NCBI GenBank assembly: GCA_964291395.2
Contig: OZ219856.1
Coordinates: 1,568,001-1,632,000 of the forward strand
Origin: Alphaproteobacteria bacterium
GTDB taxonomy: Bacteria > Pseudomonadota > Alphaproteobacteria > UBA2966
Direction of reading: 5' to 3'
DNA length: 64,000 nt
The translations under genes and the position numbers were made by a program. Positions 9,494 to 19,812 of this stretch are shown piece after piece (the stretch's first letter is position 1; every line of letters starts with the position of its first letter). The notes under the pieces were generated by a model, which worked only from the letters and a program-made list of their open reading frames with translations, had not been told where the DNA came from and ran no database searches.

Positions 9494-9892
9494 TCAGCTC
9501 AGCGTGTCGACCAACTCCGCTTCCGCGATTCTCCTGTCCCGCGTCAGAAGTGTCGCGCCGAGCACGCGGGCGGTCGCCACCAGAATGCGGTCGGCCGGGT
9601 CGCGATGAAAGGAATCCGGCAACGAGGCCAACTCGGCCGCCACCGCCGGAGAGATGCCATGCCGCCGCACCAGCGGCGCGGCAACGGCCTTGTCCAGCCA
9701 CTCCCGCAGGGGAATCGTCAGGCGGATCCGTCCCAGGCGGTACAGCATGGCCACTTCCCAGAGCGAGATATCCGAAACCTCGAGCGGCGAGTCCGCGCCG
9801 GCGGCCGCAATGACGTCCCGCTGCTCCCGGGACAGCCGACCCCGGTCTCCGTGCCACCAGAGCAAAATGTGCGTGTCGAGCAACGCCTTCAT
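9494..9892 (-). CDS. vapC: PIN-domain VapC toxin
   Basis: LLDTHILLW, ISLWEV, HRDPADRILVATA, LLTRD. Confidence 0.92.
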   Translation of the reverse strand: MKALLDTHILLWWHGDRGRLSREQRDVIAAAGADSPLEVSDISLWEVAMLYRLGRIRLTIPLREWLDKAVAAPLVRRHGISPAVAAELASLPDSFHRDPADRILVATARVLGATLLTRDRRIAEAELVDTLS

Positions 9893-10128
9893 CGCTTCAG
9901 GCTGTCCCAATGGTCCTCCGGAAACACCGGCCCTACGACGTCGCCGACGATGGTGACCGTTCCCTCCAATTCGGCCTGGGGATAGACGCTTCCCTCGCCG
10001 GTGACCGGCGACAACTCGGCGACCGGCCGGCCGCGCTTCAGAATCACCAGCCGTTCGCCGGTCTCGTGGACGCGATCCAGGATGGCAAGGCACCGCGCCT
10101 TGAAGTCGGACGCGTTGATCGTATTCAC
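9889..10128 (-). CDS. Phd/YefM-family antitoxin
   Basis: INASDFKARCLAILDRV..ILKRGRPVA; ATGA overlap with vapC; GTG start lies just after the -10 box. Confidence 0.88.
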   Translation of the reverse strand: MNTINASDFKARCLAILDRVHETGERLVILKRGRPVAELSPVTGEGSVYPQAELEGTVTIVGDVVGPVFPEDHWDSLKR

Positions 10129-10134
10129 ATGACC

Positions 10135-10163
10135 AGTATTCATGACCGGTCATGCCGTGTCAA
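10135..10163 (-). promoter_or_regulatory. TA operon promoter with a perfect 14-bp palindromic operator
   Basis: Minus strand TTGACA-17 nt-AATACT; catgaccggtcatg (10141-10154) fills the spacer. Confidence 0.7.
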
Positions 10164-10179
10164 CGCCGGCGCGCCCGCT

Positions 10180-11454
10180 GGTGACGTATCAGGGTTTGTG
10201 TCAGCTGAGGAGAGGGGGGTACTCCGTGGATTGTCGAGATCCACGAGAAGGAGCACCCCCATGCCGCAATCTGCGACGATCGAGAGTTTACCCGCCGCGT
10301 TCCGGATGATGAAGGCGATGCAGGCCGAAGGGGTCGAGTGGGGCGAGGATTACCGCACCGCCGCCAGGGCTGCGCTGAAGGAGGTGCTCGAGGCGCGGAT
10401 GGGCGATCTGATCGTCGGCCATCTCGATGCCATGGCGAGGCGCGAGTCGCTGACCGGCGCAACGGCCATTACCGGCGCTGGCTGATCACCGAGCTCGGCG
10501 AGATCGAGCTCTGCGTGCCGCGCACCCGCAGCTTCTCGGGCGCGGTGCTGCGCGCCTATGCAAGGCGCGCGCCGCATGTCGACCGCCTGGTGCTGGCCTG
10601 CTTCGTGCTCGGACTGTCGACCCGCAAGGTAGCCACCGCGCTCATGCCGATCCTCGGCCGGCGCATCAGTCCGGCCACGGTGAGCCGCATCGCCAGGACG
10701 CTCGATGGCGCCGTCGCCGCCTTCCACCGCAGGCCGTTGAAGGACGCTTACCCCGTGCTCATGCTCGACGGCGTGGTACTCGCCCGCAAGACCGGCGCCG
10801 GCGCGCTCAGGCGCCCCGTCCTGGTGGCGCTCGGCATCGGGGCGGACGGCAAGAAGGAGGTCATCGACTTCCGCCTGGCGGCCAGCGAGAGCGCCGCCCA
10901 GTGGGAGCGCTTCCTCACCGATCTGTACCGCCGCGGGCTCACCGGCGAAGGGATCGAGGTGATCTGCGCCGACGGCGGCCAGGGCCTGCTCGCCGCCCTG
11001 CCCATCGTCTACCCCGGCATCGCCGTCCAGCGCTGTTGGGCGCACAAGATCAGAAACGTCCTCGACAAAGTGCGCAAACCCGACCGCGACGCCGTCAAGG
11101 CCAGCCTGCACGCCATCATGAACGTCCCAAACCGGCCCAAGGCAATCTCCGCCGCGCGCCGCTTCGCCGAGCGCTGGCAGACAACCTACCCAAAGGCCGT
11201 CGCCTGCCTGCGCAACGACCTCGACGACCTGCTCACATGCTTCCGATACAAAACCCCAGACCAGCGCAAACGGGTCAGAACCACAAACGCCATCGAACGA
11301 CGCTTTCGAGAAGTCCGGCGCAGAACAAGGCCCATGGGAACCTTCCAGGACCGAACCTCAATGGACCGCATCCTGTTCGCCGTCTTCACACATGAAAACC
11401 AAAACCAGGGAGTCCCTACCCTCTTCTCCCTGACACACAACTCTTGACGTTACC
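10180..11454 (+). mobile_element. IS256-family insertion sequence
   Basis: Imperfect terminal IRs (GGTGACGT..TGTGTCAG / ctgacaca..acgttacc); 9-bp direct repeat gcgcccgct at 10171-10179 and 11455-11463. Confidence 0.92.
10261..11447 (+). CDS. IS256 transposase, frameshifted near 10446
   Basis: DRRNGHYRR, LMLDG, ICADG, QRCWAHK, RTTNAIER; N-terminus in a different frame, restored by one extra G in gagtc. Confidence 0.88.
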
Positions 11455-11522
11455 GCGCCCGCTTGGTGGGCCAGGAAGCGGGTTTACGACGCGCTGCGGC
11501 GTTTCGTTCTCACACCCCGCAT

Positions 11523-12635
11523 CTAGGGTTTGTCAGGATCCGGCATCCGCTCCCCGGGACGGCGCGGAAGCACGCGCGTCTCGCCGATACGCATGATCCA
11601 GACGCGGTCATCCGGGATGCCCGCGCGCCTGCCCGCGGCGACGAACCCCTTGGGAGCATCGTCGAACCCGTCGTCGCCGACACGCACCGTGCCCCAGTGG
11701 ATGCCCAGCAACGCGTGGGCGCCGAGATCCATGCCGAGCCGAAGGCAGGTCTCGGGAATGCAATGGGAACCGTGCATGACCTTGCGGGGCAGATAGGCCC
11801 CGATCGAGATGATCGCCAAGTCGAAGCCGCCGTGGGTCTTCGCCACTTCCCCGTAGACGGGTCCGTATTCCGCGTCGCCGCCGAAATAGAGGCGCTTGCC
11901 GGCGCTCCCCTCGATGGCGAATCCCGCCCACAGCGTATCGTTGGTCTTGAACAACGTCCGCTTGGACCAGTGAATCACCGGCAACGCCGTGAACTTCAAG
12001 CCCTTCAAGGTCGCCGAGTCGTACCAGTCCATTTCGATCACCGTTCCATAGCCCCGCTCCTCGAAGTAATGCCCGAGCCCGAGGGGCACGATGGCCGTGA
12101 TGCCCGCCTTGTGGGGCAGGATGTCCAGGGTGGGCAGGTCGAGATGGTCGAAATGGCCGTGCGAAAGGACTATGACATCGATCTTCGGCATGTCCTTCAC
12201 CGCAATACCCGGCGGAACGTAACGGCGGGGACCGTAGGGCGGTGTCGGCGTGGCAAAATCGGTCAGCCAAGGGTCCGTCAGAACGGTCACGCCATCGAGA
12301 CGGATCAGCGCCGTCATGTGACCGATCCAGGTCAGCGTGTCCTTGCCTTCGGTCGCCCGGAAGGCGGCCAGGGCGTCGTCGGGCGGAATCACGTGGCTCT
12401 CCGGGAACTCCACCCGCCAGTTTTCCCGTCCGGCGACGAGGCGGCTCAACAACCAGGGGAAACGGACATGCCAGGGATTGCGTTCGGGACTGCCGGGCGG
12501 GTTGCGGAAGCCGCCGGTCGTGTGATGGTAAGGCGCGTCCGGCTTTTGCTGGGGCGCGCAGGCGACCGCCAAAGCGAACGCGAGCGTCAAGAGGACGGCC
12601 GGAAACGACTCCCGAAAGACCAGCCGGCCTCTCAT
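11523..12635 (-). CDS. MBL-fold metallo-hydrolase (NAPE-PLD/RomA-like), probable lipoprotein
   Basis: SHGHFDHLD, TWIGH, GIHWGT; hydrophobic leader ending LAVAC; ATGA overlap with upstream gene. Confidence 0.85.
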   Translation of the reverse strand: MRGRLVFRESFPAVLLTLAFALAVACAPQQKPDAPYHHTTGGFRNPPGSPERNPWHVRFPWLLSRLVAGRENWRVEFPESHVIPPDDALAAFRATEGKDTLTWIGHMTALIRLDGVTVLTDPWLTDFATPTPPYGPRRYVPPGIAVKDMPKIDVIVLSHGHFDHLDLPTLDILPHKAGITAIVPLGLGHYFEERGYGTVIEMDWYDSATLKGLKFTALPVIHWSKRTLFKTNDTLWAGFAIEGSAGKRLYFGGDAEYGPVYGEVAKTHGGFDLAIISIGAYLPRKVMHGSHCIPETCLRLGMDLGAHALLGIHWGTVRVGDDGFDDAPKGFVAAGRRAGIPDDRVWIMRIGETRVLPRRPGERMPDPDKP

Positions 12636-13819
12636 GCCCTCAGCAGTCCCCGCTCCGCCAGGTTCCGCATCAGCTCTCCGGTCCCGAACTCCCATCGCGG
12701 TATGCGGTCCGAAAACCCCACGCGGTTGACGAGCGCCCCCAATTCGGGCGCCGAAATCGTGACGAGATCGCCGACCTCGTGCGTGAAGCCGAGTCCCGCC
12801 TCGCCGCGGTCCCGGGTCGGCGCGAACATGGTTCCCGTGAACAATGCAAACCCGTCCGGGTATTGATGGCTGGCGCCGATGGTCTGGCCGACGAGCTCTT
12901 CCGGATCCCGGCTGATCTCCGCCATGGAGCTCGTGCCGTCCAATTCGAAACCGTCTTCGCCCCGTACCCGCAGCGATACGTCGCACCTTCGGATATCGTC
13001 GAGGGTGAACCCGTCGTCGAACAGGCGGATGAACGGTCCCACGGCGCAGGAGCCGTTGTTGTCCTTGGCGCGGCCCAGCAGCAGGGCGCTGCGCCCCTCC
13101 ACGTCCCGCAGATTGACGTCATTGCCGAGCGTGGCGCCGACGATCCGCCCGTGCGCATTGACGATCAGAACCACTTCGGGCTCCGGGTTGCTCCAAGTGG
13201 AAGCGGGGTGGATACCGATGTCGGCGCCGGTCCCCACCGAGGACATGGGCTGCGCCTTGGTGAATACCTCGGCGTCCGGACCGAGCCCCACTTCGAGATA
13301 AGGGGACCAGAGATCCCGTTCGAGAAGGAGATCCTTGACGCGGGCCGCTTCCTCGGAGCCGGGACGGACGGCGGACAGGTCCGCGTCGATCTCGCCCGCC
13401 AGCTCGCGGCGAACCTCGCCCGCCAGCGTCGGATCACCCTTTGTCCGCTCCTCGATGACACGTTCGAGAAGGCTGGACACGAAGGTCACACCGGCCGCCT
13501 TGACCGCCTGGAGATCGATCGGCGACAGGAAGTACGGCACCCCGTCTCGCCGGGTATCGGCACTCGAATTGACCAGGATGTCGTCGAACGATCCGATGGA
13601 CACTCCGCCGTCGGCCGCGTCCGCGCCCTGCAGCCCATCACGCCGATTGCAGAATTCGGAGACGGTGGGCGCCGCCCCGGTAACGTCCACGACATCCTCT
13701 CCGCGCACGAGAACGACGGCCGGACCCGGTGGACGACCGGGAACCCAGGCCCGGCCGACGAGGGTGGCATCCGGGAACCCTTCCGGCAGCGCCAGTCCTG
13801 GATCGAGGGTGAGTTCCAT
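12632..13819 (-). CDS. Fumarylacetoacetate hydrolase-family protein (XylX-like)
   Basis: PIDLQAVKAAGVTF, NPEPE, GNDVNLRDVEGRSALLL..KD, TGTMFAP. Confidence 0.88.
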   Translation of the reverse strand: MELTLDPGLALPEGFPDATLVGRAWVPGRPPGPAVVLVRGEDVVDVTGAAPTVSEFCNRRDGLQGADAADGGVSIGSFDDILVNSSADTRRDGVPYFLSPIDLQAVKAAGVTFVSSLLERVIEERTKGDPTLAGEVRRELAGEIDADLSAVRPGSEEAARVKDLLLERDLWSPYLEVGLGPDAEVFTKAQPMSSVGTGADIGIHPASTWSNPEPEVVLIVNAHGRIVGATLGNDVNLRDVEGRSALLLGRAKDNNGSCAVGPFIRLFDDGFTLDDIRRCDVSLRVRGEDGFELDGTSSMAEISRDPEELVGQTIGASHQYPDGFALFTGTMFAPTRDRGEAGLGFTHEVGDLVTISAPELGALVNRVGFSDRIPRWEFGTGELMRNLAERGLLRA

Positions 13820-14030
13820 GATGGTGGATACCGGAATCTATCAATCAGTGAAATTACTTTGTATTCAACAACTTAACAATAGAAACCTGACTCCCGCGTT
13901 TGGTTCCGTAAACTTCGGCGACTCGAATGCGCCGCAGGGAGAGGGTGGCGGGCGCATGGAGAGAACCGACGCGCGCGGCCCGCCCCCTGCAGGACCACCG
14001 GAGGAACGGAAACTATCCTTCCGGTGCCGG

Positions 14031-14432
14031 TCAACCGAGCGGCGGCACCCCTTCGGCCGCGGCCGCCTCGTTCAACCGCCGGTCCAGGCTCGCGAGCGCA
14101 CAACCTTCCCGGATCGCGAGAGCCAGGTAACCGGCGTCGTAGGCGCTCAGGCCGTGAGCGCGGGCCAGCGCCATGATGAGATGGTCGTCCGCGTCGCCCG
14201 GACAACGGATCGGGAGCCGGCGCAGCCGGGCAAGGGACGCGTCGGCGTGGTGCACGCCGATCCTGCCCCGACGCTCGGCCGCCAGCAGCAGGTTACGCAG
14301 TTCGTCCCAGAAGAGGCCCGGAACCCTGGCTTCTTCATCCGCCAGGCAATCGAGCGCACGCTCAGCGAGCTCCGCTTCCTCGTCCGGCAGCAGCCAGGCG
14401 GCCGCCACCGACGCATCGGGCACGAAGGCCAT
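14031..14432 (-). CDS. vapC: PIN-domain VapC toxin
   Basis: FVPDASVAAAWLLPDE, GLSAYDAGYLALA, LASLDRRL. Confidence 0.88.
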   Translation of the reverse strand: MAFVPDASVAAAWLLPDEEAELAERALDCLADEEARVPGLFWDELRNLLLAAERRGRIGVHHADASLARLRRLPIRCPGDADDHLIMALARAHGLSAYDAGYLALAIREGCALASLDRRLNEAAAAEGVPPLG

Positions 14433-14674
14433 CAGCGGGCGTGTCCCTCGTGGCGCCAGGAGAGGAGCTCGGACGTCGTCACGGCCTGCTGCTTCGATCG
14501 TTCCCGGCGCAGGGTGGCGCACAGCGCGGCGCGGTCCCGCGGGCTGTCGATGCGGGTGACGTGGGCGATCGGCGTCGGCCCGCGGCAGATGACGAGATCC
14601 TCGCCGGCCTCGACCTCGGCCAGCAGCGCCGAGAGATGCGTCTTGGCTTCGCCGATCTTCACGCGGCGCGTCAT
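14432..14674 (-). CDS. Phd/YefM-family antitoxin
   Basis: IGEAKTHLSALLAEVEAGEDLVICRG; stop overlaps the vapC start. Confidence 0.88.
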   Translation of the reverse strand: MTRRVKIGEAKTHLSALLAEVEAGEDLVICRGPTPIAHVTRIDSPRDRAALCATLRRERSKQQAVTTSELLSWRHEGHAR

Positions 14675-15136
14675 GAGTTCGCACTCCCCGTCCAGGCTTG
14701 CGACGGAACCGTAGGCGCGGATGCGGGACTTGGTCAAGTAGTTGGTTCAATAACCGGAAGCGCCTGGCCGTCGCGAGGGCGGCCATGTCGGGCTGGCCCT
14801 CTCCCCACCGCCGAGGAGTCTCTGCCGAGTTCTCCTGAAGAAAACTTCATGACATCATGTGAATTGTCGCTTAATCGAGTCTGTCCGGGACCCCCGGGGA
14901 CCGGGTCCAAACCAAGGATGGCCGCCACAAATGCCGGAAATGAGGGATTCGTGTACCCTAGTGTACCCGACCTGGCCGGACAGCGGAGGAGGACGTCTGA
15001 AGAACGCGCCCGGTGACAGCTCTTCCGCAACCGGCGTTCCTGCAGCCATGTCATCCGGATCATTCCCGCACCTCTTTCCAGAGACGCGCACCAGACAAAT
15101 CATGTAATGGCGGAACCATACTGAAGGAAAATCAAT

Positions 15137-16069
15137 ATGGACATAGATAATGTAATAACTCATTCCATCGGAATGAATTCAATAATTTCATTATTGGTCG
15201 TTATATTCGTATTGATTGTGATTTTCAAAGGAATCAAGGTGGTTCCGCAAAGCAACGTGTTCGTCGTCGAACGGTTTGGAAAATTTACGAGAACACTCTA
15301 TGCGGGGTTGAATTTCATCGTGCCGTTCCTGGACAGGATTGCACACCGGGTATCCATCCTCGAACGTCAGCTGCCCGAATTCAGAATTTCGGTCATCACC
15401 CGCGACAACGTAGAGGTTCGACTGGAATCGACGGTGTTTTACCGCATTACCGATGCCGCATCCTCGGTCTACAGGATTCAAGACATCAACCAAGCCCTGC
15501 ATACCGCTTCGGAATCGATCATTCGATCCGCCGCCGGCAAGCTCGAGCTCGACGAGCTGCAGTCGAGCCGGGAATCCATGAATGACGAGATCGCGCACAA
15601 TCTCAAGGAGGCGGCCGCCGTTTGGGGCATCGACATCACCCGAACCGAAATCACCGACGTCATCATCGACGAGCAAACCAAAGAGGCGCAGCGCCAGCAG
15701 CTCAATGCCGAACGCGAACGCCGCGCGGTGATCGCGCGCGCCGAAGGCGAGAAACGGGCCATCGAACTCTCCGCCGAGGCCAAGCTCTACGAGGCACAGA
15801 GAGAAGCCGACGCCGTGAAGGTGAAGGCGGACGCCGATGCCTATGCCGTCAAGGTCAAAGCCGCGGCGGATGCCGAGCAAACCCGTGTCGTGGCCGCGGC
15901 AATATCCGACGACGGTCAGCCTGCCATCGAATTCGAGATCATGAAGCGCCAGGTCACCGCGCTGTCGGAGGTGGCTTCGGCCGACAACGCCAAGACGATC
16001 ATTCTGCCGACCGATGTCACCGGCGTTCTCGGCGCCCTGCAGGTATTCGCAGAAAACATCAGGAAATAG
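15137..16069 (+). CDS. SPFH/band 7 protein (QmcA-like)
   Basis: N-terminal TM helix, VVERFGKF, GLNFIVPFLDRI, AERERRA coiled coil. Confidence 0.9.
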   Translation: MDIDNVITHSIGMNSIISLLVVIFVLIVIFKGIKVVPQSNVFVVERFGKFTRTLYAGLNFIVPFLDRIAHRVSILERQLPEFRISVITRDNVEVRLESTVFYRITDAASSVYRIQDINQALHTASESIIRSAAGKLELDELQSSRESMNDEIAHNLKEAAAVWGIDITRTEITDVIIDEQTKEAQRQQLNAERERRAVIARAEGEKRAIELSAEAKLYEAQREADAVKVKADADAYAVKVKAAADAEQTRVVAAAISDDGQPAIEFEIMKRQVTALSEVASADNAKTIILPTDVTGVLGALQVFAENIRK

Positions 16070-16073
16070 AGGG

Positions 16074-16385
16074 ATGGAAGTCTACCTGTCGTTGTCGTAC
16101 TGGCTGTTTCAGTTCGAGGTGTGGATCATCCTCGGCATCGTCCTGATCATCGTCGATATCTGGGTCGGGTTCGGCATGATCATTCTGCCCGTAGGCGTCG
16201 CCGCTCTATTGCTGGCCGCGCTGCTCTTCGGCGAGTCGCGGCAGCTGTTCGGCGAGATGGATCTGTTCCCGTCCTGGCGCGTCGTATTGATCTGGTTCGC
16301 GGGCCTTTCGATCCTCTCCGTCGGCCTGATACGGGTCGTGTTCCAACGCTCCAGAAAAAGCGGAACCGATATCAACAAATATTGA
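16074..16385 (+). CDS. Small NfeD-like membrane protein
   Basis: WIILGIVLIIVD hydrophobic pattern; directly follows the SPFH gene. Confidence 0.65.
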   Translation: MEVYLSLSYWLFQFEVWIILGIVLIIVDIWVGFGMIILPVGVAALLLAALLFGESRQLFGEMDLFPSWRVVLIWFAGLSILSVGLIRVVFQRSRKSGTDINKY

Positions 16386-16632
16386 GCGGACTTGCGCCTG
16401 AGATCGGCGGAAGCCGAATCCGCTCGTTCAGGGCTTCCCTGAATTCCACCACAGGTGTAAGCGTCCGGTCTCGCCGCCCGGCCGGTATCAGACGCGGGAG
16501 CTTCCGTCAGGCGATCGTACGGGCGGCCGTCGTCGATGATCTCGACACATTCTTGATGAGGGGCGGTCCGAAACCGCTCTATCGAGGTTTCGAACGGCGC
16601 CTCGTCGAAAATTCTGCAATGGAGGAACGATC

Positions 16633-17052
16633 ATGAGAAAAGTCGTCAAGGAAGTCCCCGGCTATGAGTTGCATGACGAAGTCAATTCACCGGCGGGCCA
16701 CCACACGAAACAGGGCTGGCGCTCGGATGCGATTCGCAGCGGTCCCTTCATCTTCGTCGCCGCCCTCGGCACCCGTCCCGACACGCATGTCCTCGGTGAA
16801 ACCGTGGAAGAGGAAGTCCGAATCATCTTCGAGCACTTCAAGACGGCGCTTGACGTCCATGGCGCCACCATGGAGGACATCGTCCACTTGACCATGTACT
16901 TCACCCACCGTGAACGTGACTGGCCCATCCTCGAGAAGGTTCGCCGCGAATACTTCCCAAAAGACCCGCCCGTCTCGGTCGGCGTGGGCGTTACCGACCT
17001 GGCCCAAGGCGGGGCGGTCGAGATCGACGCCATGGCAGTCGCCCCCAGCTAG
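16633..17052 (+). CDS. RidA/YjgF-family protein
   Basis: AIRSGPFIFV, GATMEDIV, RREYF..PP, VEIDAMA; GGAGG RBS. Confidence 0.85.
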   Translation: MRKVVKEVPGYELHDEVNSPAGHHTKQGWRSDAIRSGPFIFVAALGTRPDTHVLGETVEEEVRIIFEHFKTALDVHGATMEDIVHLTMYFTHRERDWPILEKVRREYFPKDPPVSVGVGVTDLAQGGAVEIDAMAVAPS

Positions 17053-17088
17053 AGTTGCTACCGCCGGGCTGCTCGAAGACGGACGGAG

Positions 17089-17138
17089 ACGGTGTCGTAC
17101 CACGCCGGAGCATTTGCGAAGGCAGGGTACGACACCGT
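17089..17138. repeat. Perfect 13-bp inverted repeat with 24-nt loop
   Basis: acggtgtcgtacc (17089-17101) and ggtacgacaccgt (17126-17138). Confidence 0.8.
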
Positions 17139-17424
17139 TCCAGAGTTGATCTCTCCCCGTGACAGGGCGCGGTTTCCTCTCCGGTGGAAGTGACGGGACG
17201 AAGACGAACTTCTATAAGGACGTGTCCGCTCGGGCGATCACTCGCCAAGTGTGATCGATTGCGGAGACTGTCCTCGATGAACACCACCGCCCGTCTCGCC
17301 TGTCTCTTCCTCGCCCTCGCGCTCGACGCCTGGTAGGGCGGCGCTCAGGGCGGCGGAAAGTCAGCGATGCGGCGGCTGTTCGTGACGCCGGGCGCGAGGA
17401 GCGTTGGGACGACGTCAGGAACGG

Positions 17425-18924
17425 TCAAACGGCGACACGGTCCGCGGTCCACGTGCCGGCGTTCTCCAGAACGAGGTGGGGTTCGTCGTACTGGTCACGA
17501 AGCAGACCCTCATAGAGCCGCCCCTCTGCAGCGCGATCGAGAGGCACCTCCGCCCCGGACAGTCGTGAGAGTGCTTCGTCGAGCGCTGCAACCGTTCCGC
17601 TGCCTTCGTCAAACTGCGCCTTCTTGCGCCAGACGATGTCGGCGGGCAACAGGTCCTCGCACGCCTTGCGCAAGATCCATTTCTCCGTCGTCTCCCGAGT
17701 GTCGTCGCCGGTGATCTTCATCTTCAACGAAGCCGGAATCGACTGAGCAAAATCGATGAGGTCCTCATCGAGGAACGGGGTGCGGGCCTCGAGGCCCTGG
17801 GCCATGGTGATCCGGTCCACCCGTTGCAGGTTGCTGTTGTGCATGGACCCGAGTGAGCGCGTGATTTCGTCGGCCAACGCCCGCGGCGCGCCGGCGTAGC
17901 GATGATGGTAGGCATACCCCGCAAAGAGCTCGTCGGCTCCCTCGCCCGTCAGCACCGCCTTCACGTGCTGACGGGCGAGCGTAGTCGCGAAATGGGTCGG
18001 TAACGCGCTGCGCACGAGATCCACGTCGGCACTCTCGAGGTGATAGATCACGTGGGGAAGCGCGTCCACCAGATCACCGACCGAGTAAACCAGCTCCCGA
18101 TGATCGGACCCGATATGGTCAGCCACGGCGCGAGCGGCGACGAGGTCAGCGCTGCCCGCCACGCCGACAGAGAAGGTCTTGAGCGGCCGGTCGATGGCAT
18201 CCGAGGCCAGGGCCGCGATGAGCGAAGAGTCCAACCCACCGGACAGGAACGCACCGACCTCGACGTCCGCGACCATCCATTTTCGCACGGCCGCTTCGAG
18301 AACCAGGCGCAATTCGTCCCGGATCGATTCGGGATTCTCTCCGGGCAACAGCTCGGCGGCACCCTGAGGCACGCGATGCCAATCTCGGCGACCGTCCAAG
18401 CTGTCGAACATCGTGCCGGGCTCGATAGCCTCGACCGCACGAAACCCCAGACCGTCGAACGCCTTCAACTCCGATGCAAAGGCAAGGCCTTCGCCAAGGC
18501 GCGCCATGAACACTGGTTTGATGCCAAGCGGATCGCGTGCAGCGATGATTCGATCCGGAGTCGCCAGAACAAATGAGAACATGCCATCGAGTCTGGTAAT
18601 CCATCGAACTTCTTTCGAGCGGAAAAGGTGCAGGATGGTCTCGCTGTCGCTCTGGGTTTCGAAGGCGCTCTCGCCCAGAATCGCCCGCAGGTCGGCGTGG
18701 TTGTAGATCTCGCCGTTGGCCACAAGCATGTCTTCGTCGTTGGAGATGGGCTGGGTTCCGTTCTCGGGTCCAATAATCGCGAGACGGCAATGGGCCATCA
18801 CGACGGGCGCATTCAGTGCTCTACTCACGCGCACGTCGTCGGGACCGCGATGGGCGATCCTGTCGATCATCCGATGCGCGAGATTGAGGTTGTCGATCTT
18901 CCAAAGGCAGATATAGCCGCACAT
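17425..18924 (-). CDS. Asparagine synthase B-family amidotransferase
   Basis: N-terminal MCG nucleophile, HRGPD, NGEIYNH, SGGLDSS, TGEGADELFAGY. Confidence 0.92.
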   Translation of the reverse strand: MCGYICLWKIDNLNLAHRMIDRIAHRGPDDVRVSRALNAPVVMAHCRLAIIGPENGTQPISNDEDMLVANGEIYNHADLRAILGESAFETQSDSETILHLFRSKEVRWITRLDGMFSFVLATPDRIIAARDPLGIKPVFMARLGEGLAFASELKAFDGLGFRAVEAIEPGTMFDSLDGRRDWHRVPQGAAELLPGENPESIRDELRLVLEAAVRKWMVADVEVGAFLSGGLDSSLIAALASDAIDRPLKTFSVGVAGSADLVAARAVADHIGSDHRELVYSVGDLVDALPHVIYHLESADVDLVRSALPTHFATTLARQHVKAVLTGEGADELFAGYAYHHRYAGAPRALADEITRSLGSMHNSNLQRVDRITMAQGLEARTPFLDEDLIDFAQSIPASLKMKITGDDTRETTEKWILRKACEDLLPADIVWRKKAQFDEGSGTVAALDEALSRLSGAEVPLDRAAEGRLYEGLLRDQYDEPHLVLENAGTWTADRVAV

Positions 18925-18963
18925 ACTTGACTGGTTTGAACCCTTCCGGTCTCTACCCGACGT

Positions 18964-19812
18964 TTACACGATGTCGCTGAGCGGCAGGACGTCGGCTTCG
19001 TCGGCCGGCCGCGCACAGAGCAGCCGCGTTTGAAGATACTCGCGAGACGTCGACGGCGACGGCGCGTGATCGCACATGCCAGAGACGAAATGGAGATGGT
19101 TTTCGCCGTTCGCAACGCGTCTTTGCGGGAACGTCTCGTTGTCCCAGATCTCGACCCGCAGGCCGAAGTCGGAAAATACCCGGAAAAAGGGCTCCAACGG
19201 AGTCCCGACCAGCGGAAACGCGATAATCCACGGCAGAACGGCCGGCCCGACGTTCGCGAGGATGTTTCCCATGGTTCGCGGACCGATATAGCCCATGCCG
19301 CCCGTAATGGTGACCAGGTTCGCTCCCAGCAGGTGGCGGCGCAGTTCCGTGCTTGGCTCACCGTCCTCGAGGTCCTCGGATGCGCCGTAATCCACCAGGC
19401 CGACCGATTCCGCGTACCGAATGGCATGTTCTGCCTTGTCGATCGCGACCACAGGGCCGATGGACCCGTTGTCATGACGACGCGACACGAAGAAGCGCCT
19501 GTCCCAATCCTCGAGAGAAACGCCGGCATGCAACGGCGGGGCACTGTTCGCGTCATAGAGTGTGTAGAGGTCGTCCAGAGTGACGCGGAAGCGCAGCAGG
19601 GCGGCATTGACCCCATACCCTGCACAGAGATCCACCATCTTGATGCGGCGCAAGTTTCGATGGGCCGACAGGAGTTTCGCGCAGCGGTCGAAGATGGGAA
19701 TTGCGTGCCTATGAATGCGATAATCAAGTGAACGCAAGGTCGTGAAGTACGGTCGTGGATCCTGACAATTGTAGATCCGGTCGAAGTTCTCTTTCCCTGA
19801 AACGACGGACAT
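18964..19812 (-). CDS. Conserved hypothetical protein, class I SAM-methyltransferase-like
   Basis: VDLCAGYG glycine motif, acidic residue after strand 2 (AIDK), TGGMGYI. Confidence 0.55.
   Translation of the reverse strand: MSVVSGKENFDRIYNCQDPRPYFTTLRSLDYRIHRHAIPIFDRCAKLLSAHRNLRRIKMVDLCAGYGVNAALLRFRVTLDDLYTLYDANSAPPLHAGVSLEDWDRRFFVSRRHDNGSIGPVVAIDKAEHAIRYAESVGLVDYGASEDLEDGEPSTELRRHLLGANLVTITGGMGYIGPRTMGNILANVGPAVLPWIIAFPLVGTPLEPFFRVFSDFGLRVEIWDNETFPQRRVANGENHLHFVSGMCDHAPSPSTSREYLQTRLLCARPADEADVLPLSDIV

Noticed and set aside
8482-9813. 443-aa plus-strand ORF
   Set aside because: Chimera of antisense shadows plus a short AAA-ATPase fragment
14881-14983. ctgtccgg...ccggacag inverted ends with an internal gtgtaccc duplication
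   Set aside because: Too short and degenerate, and single-copy here; cannot support a MITE or ncRNA call
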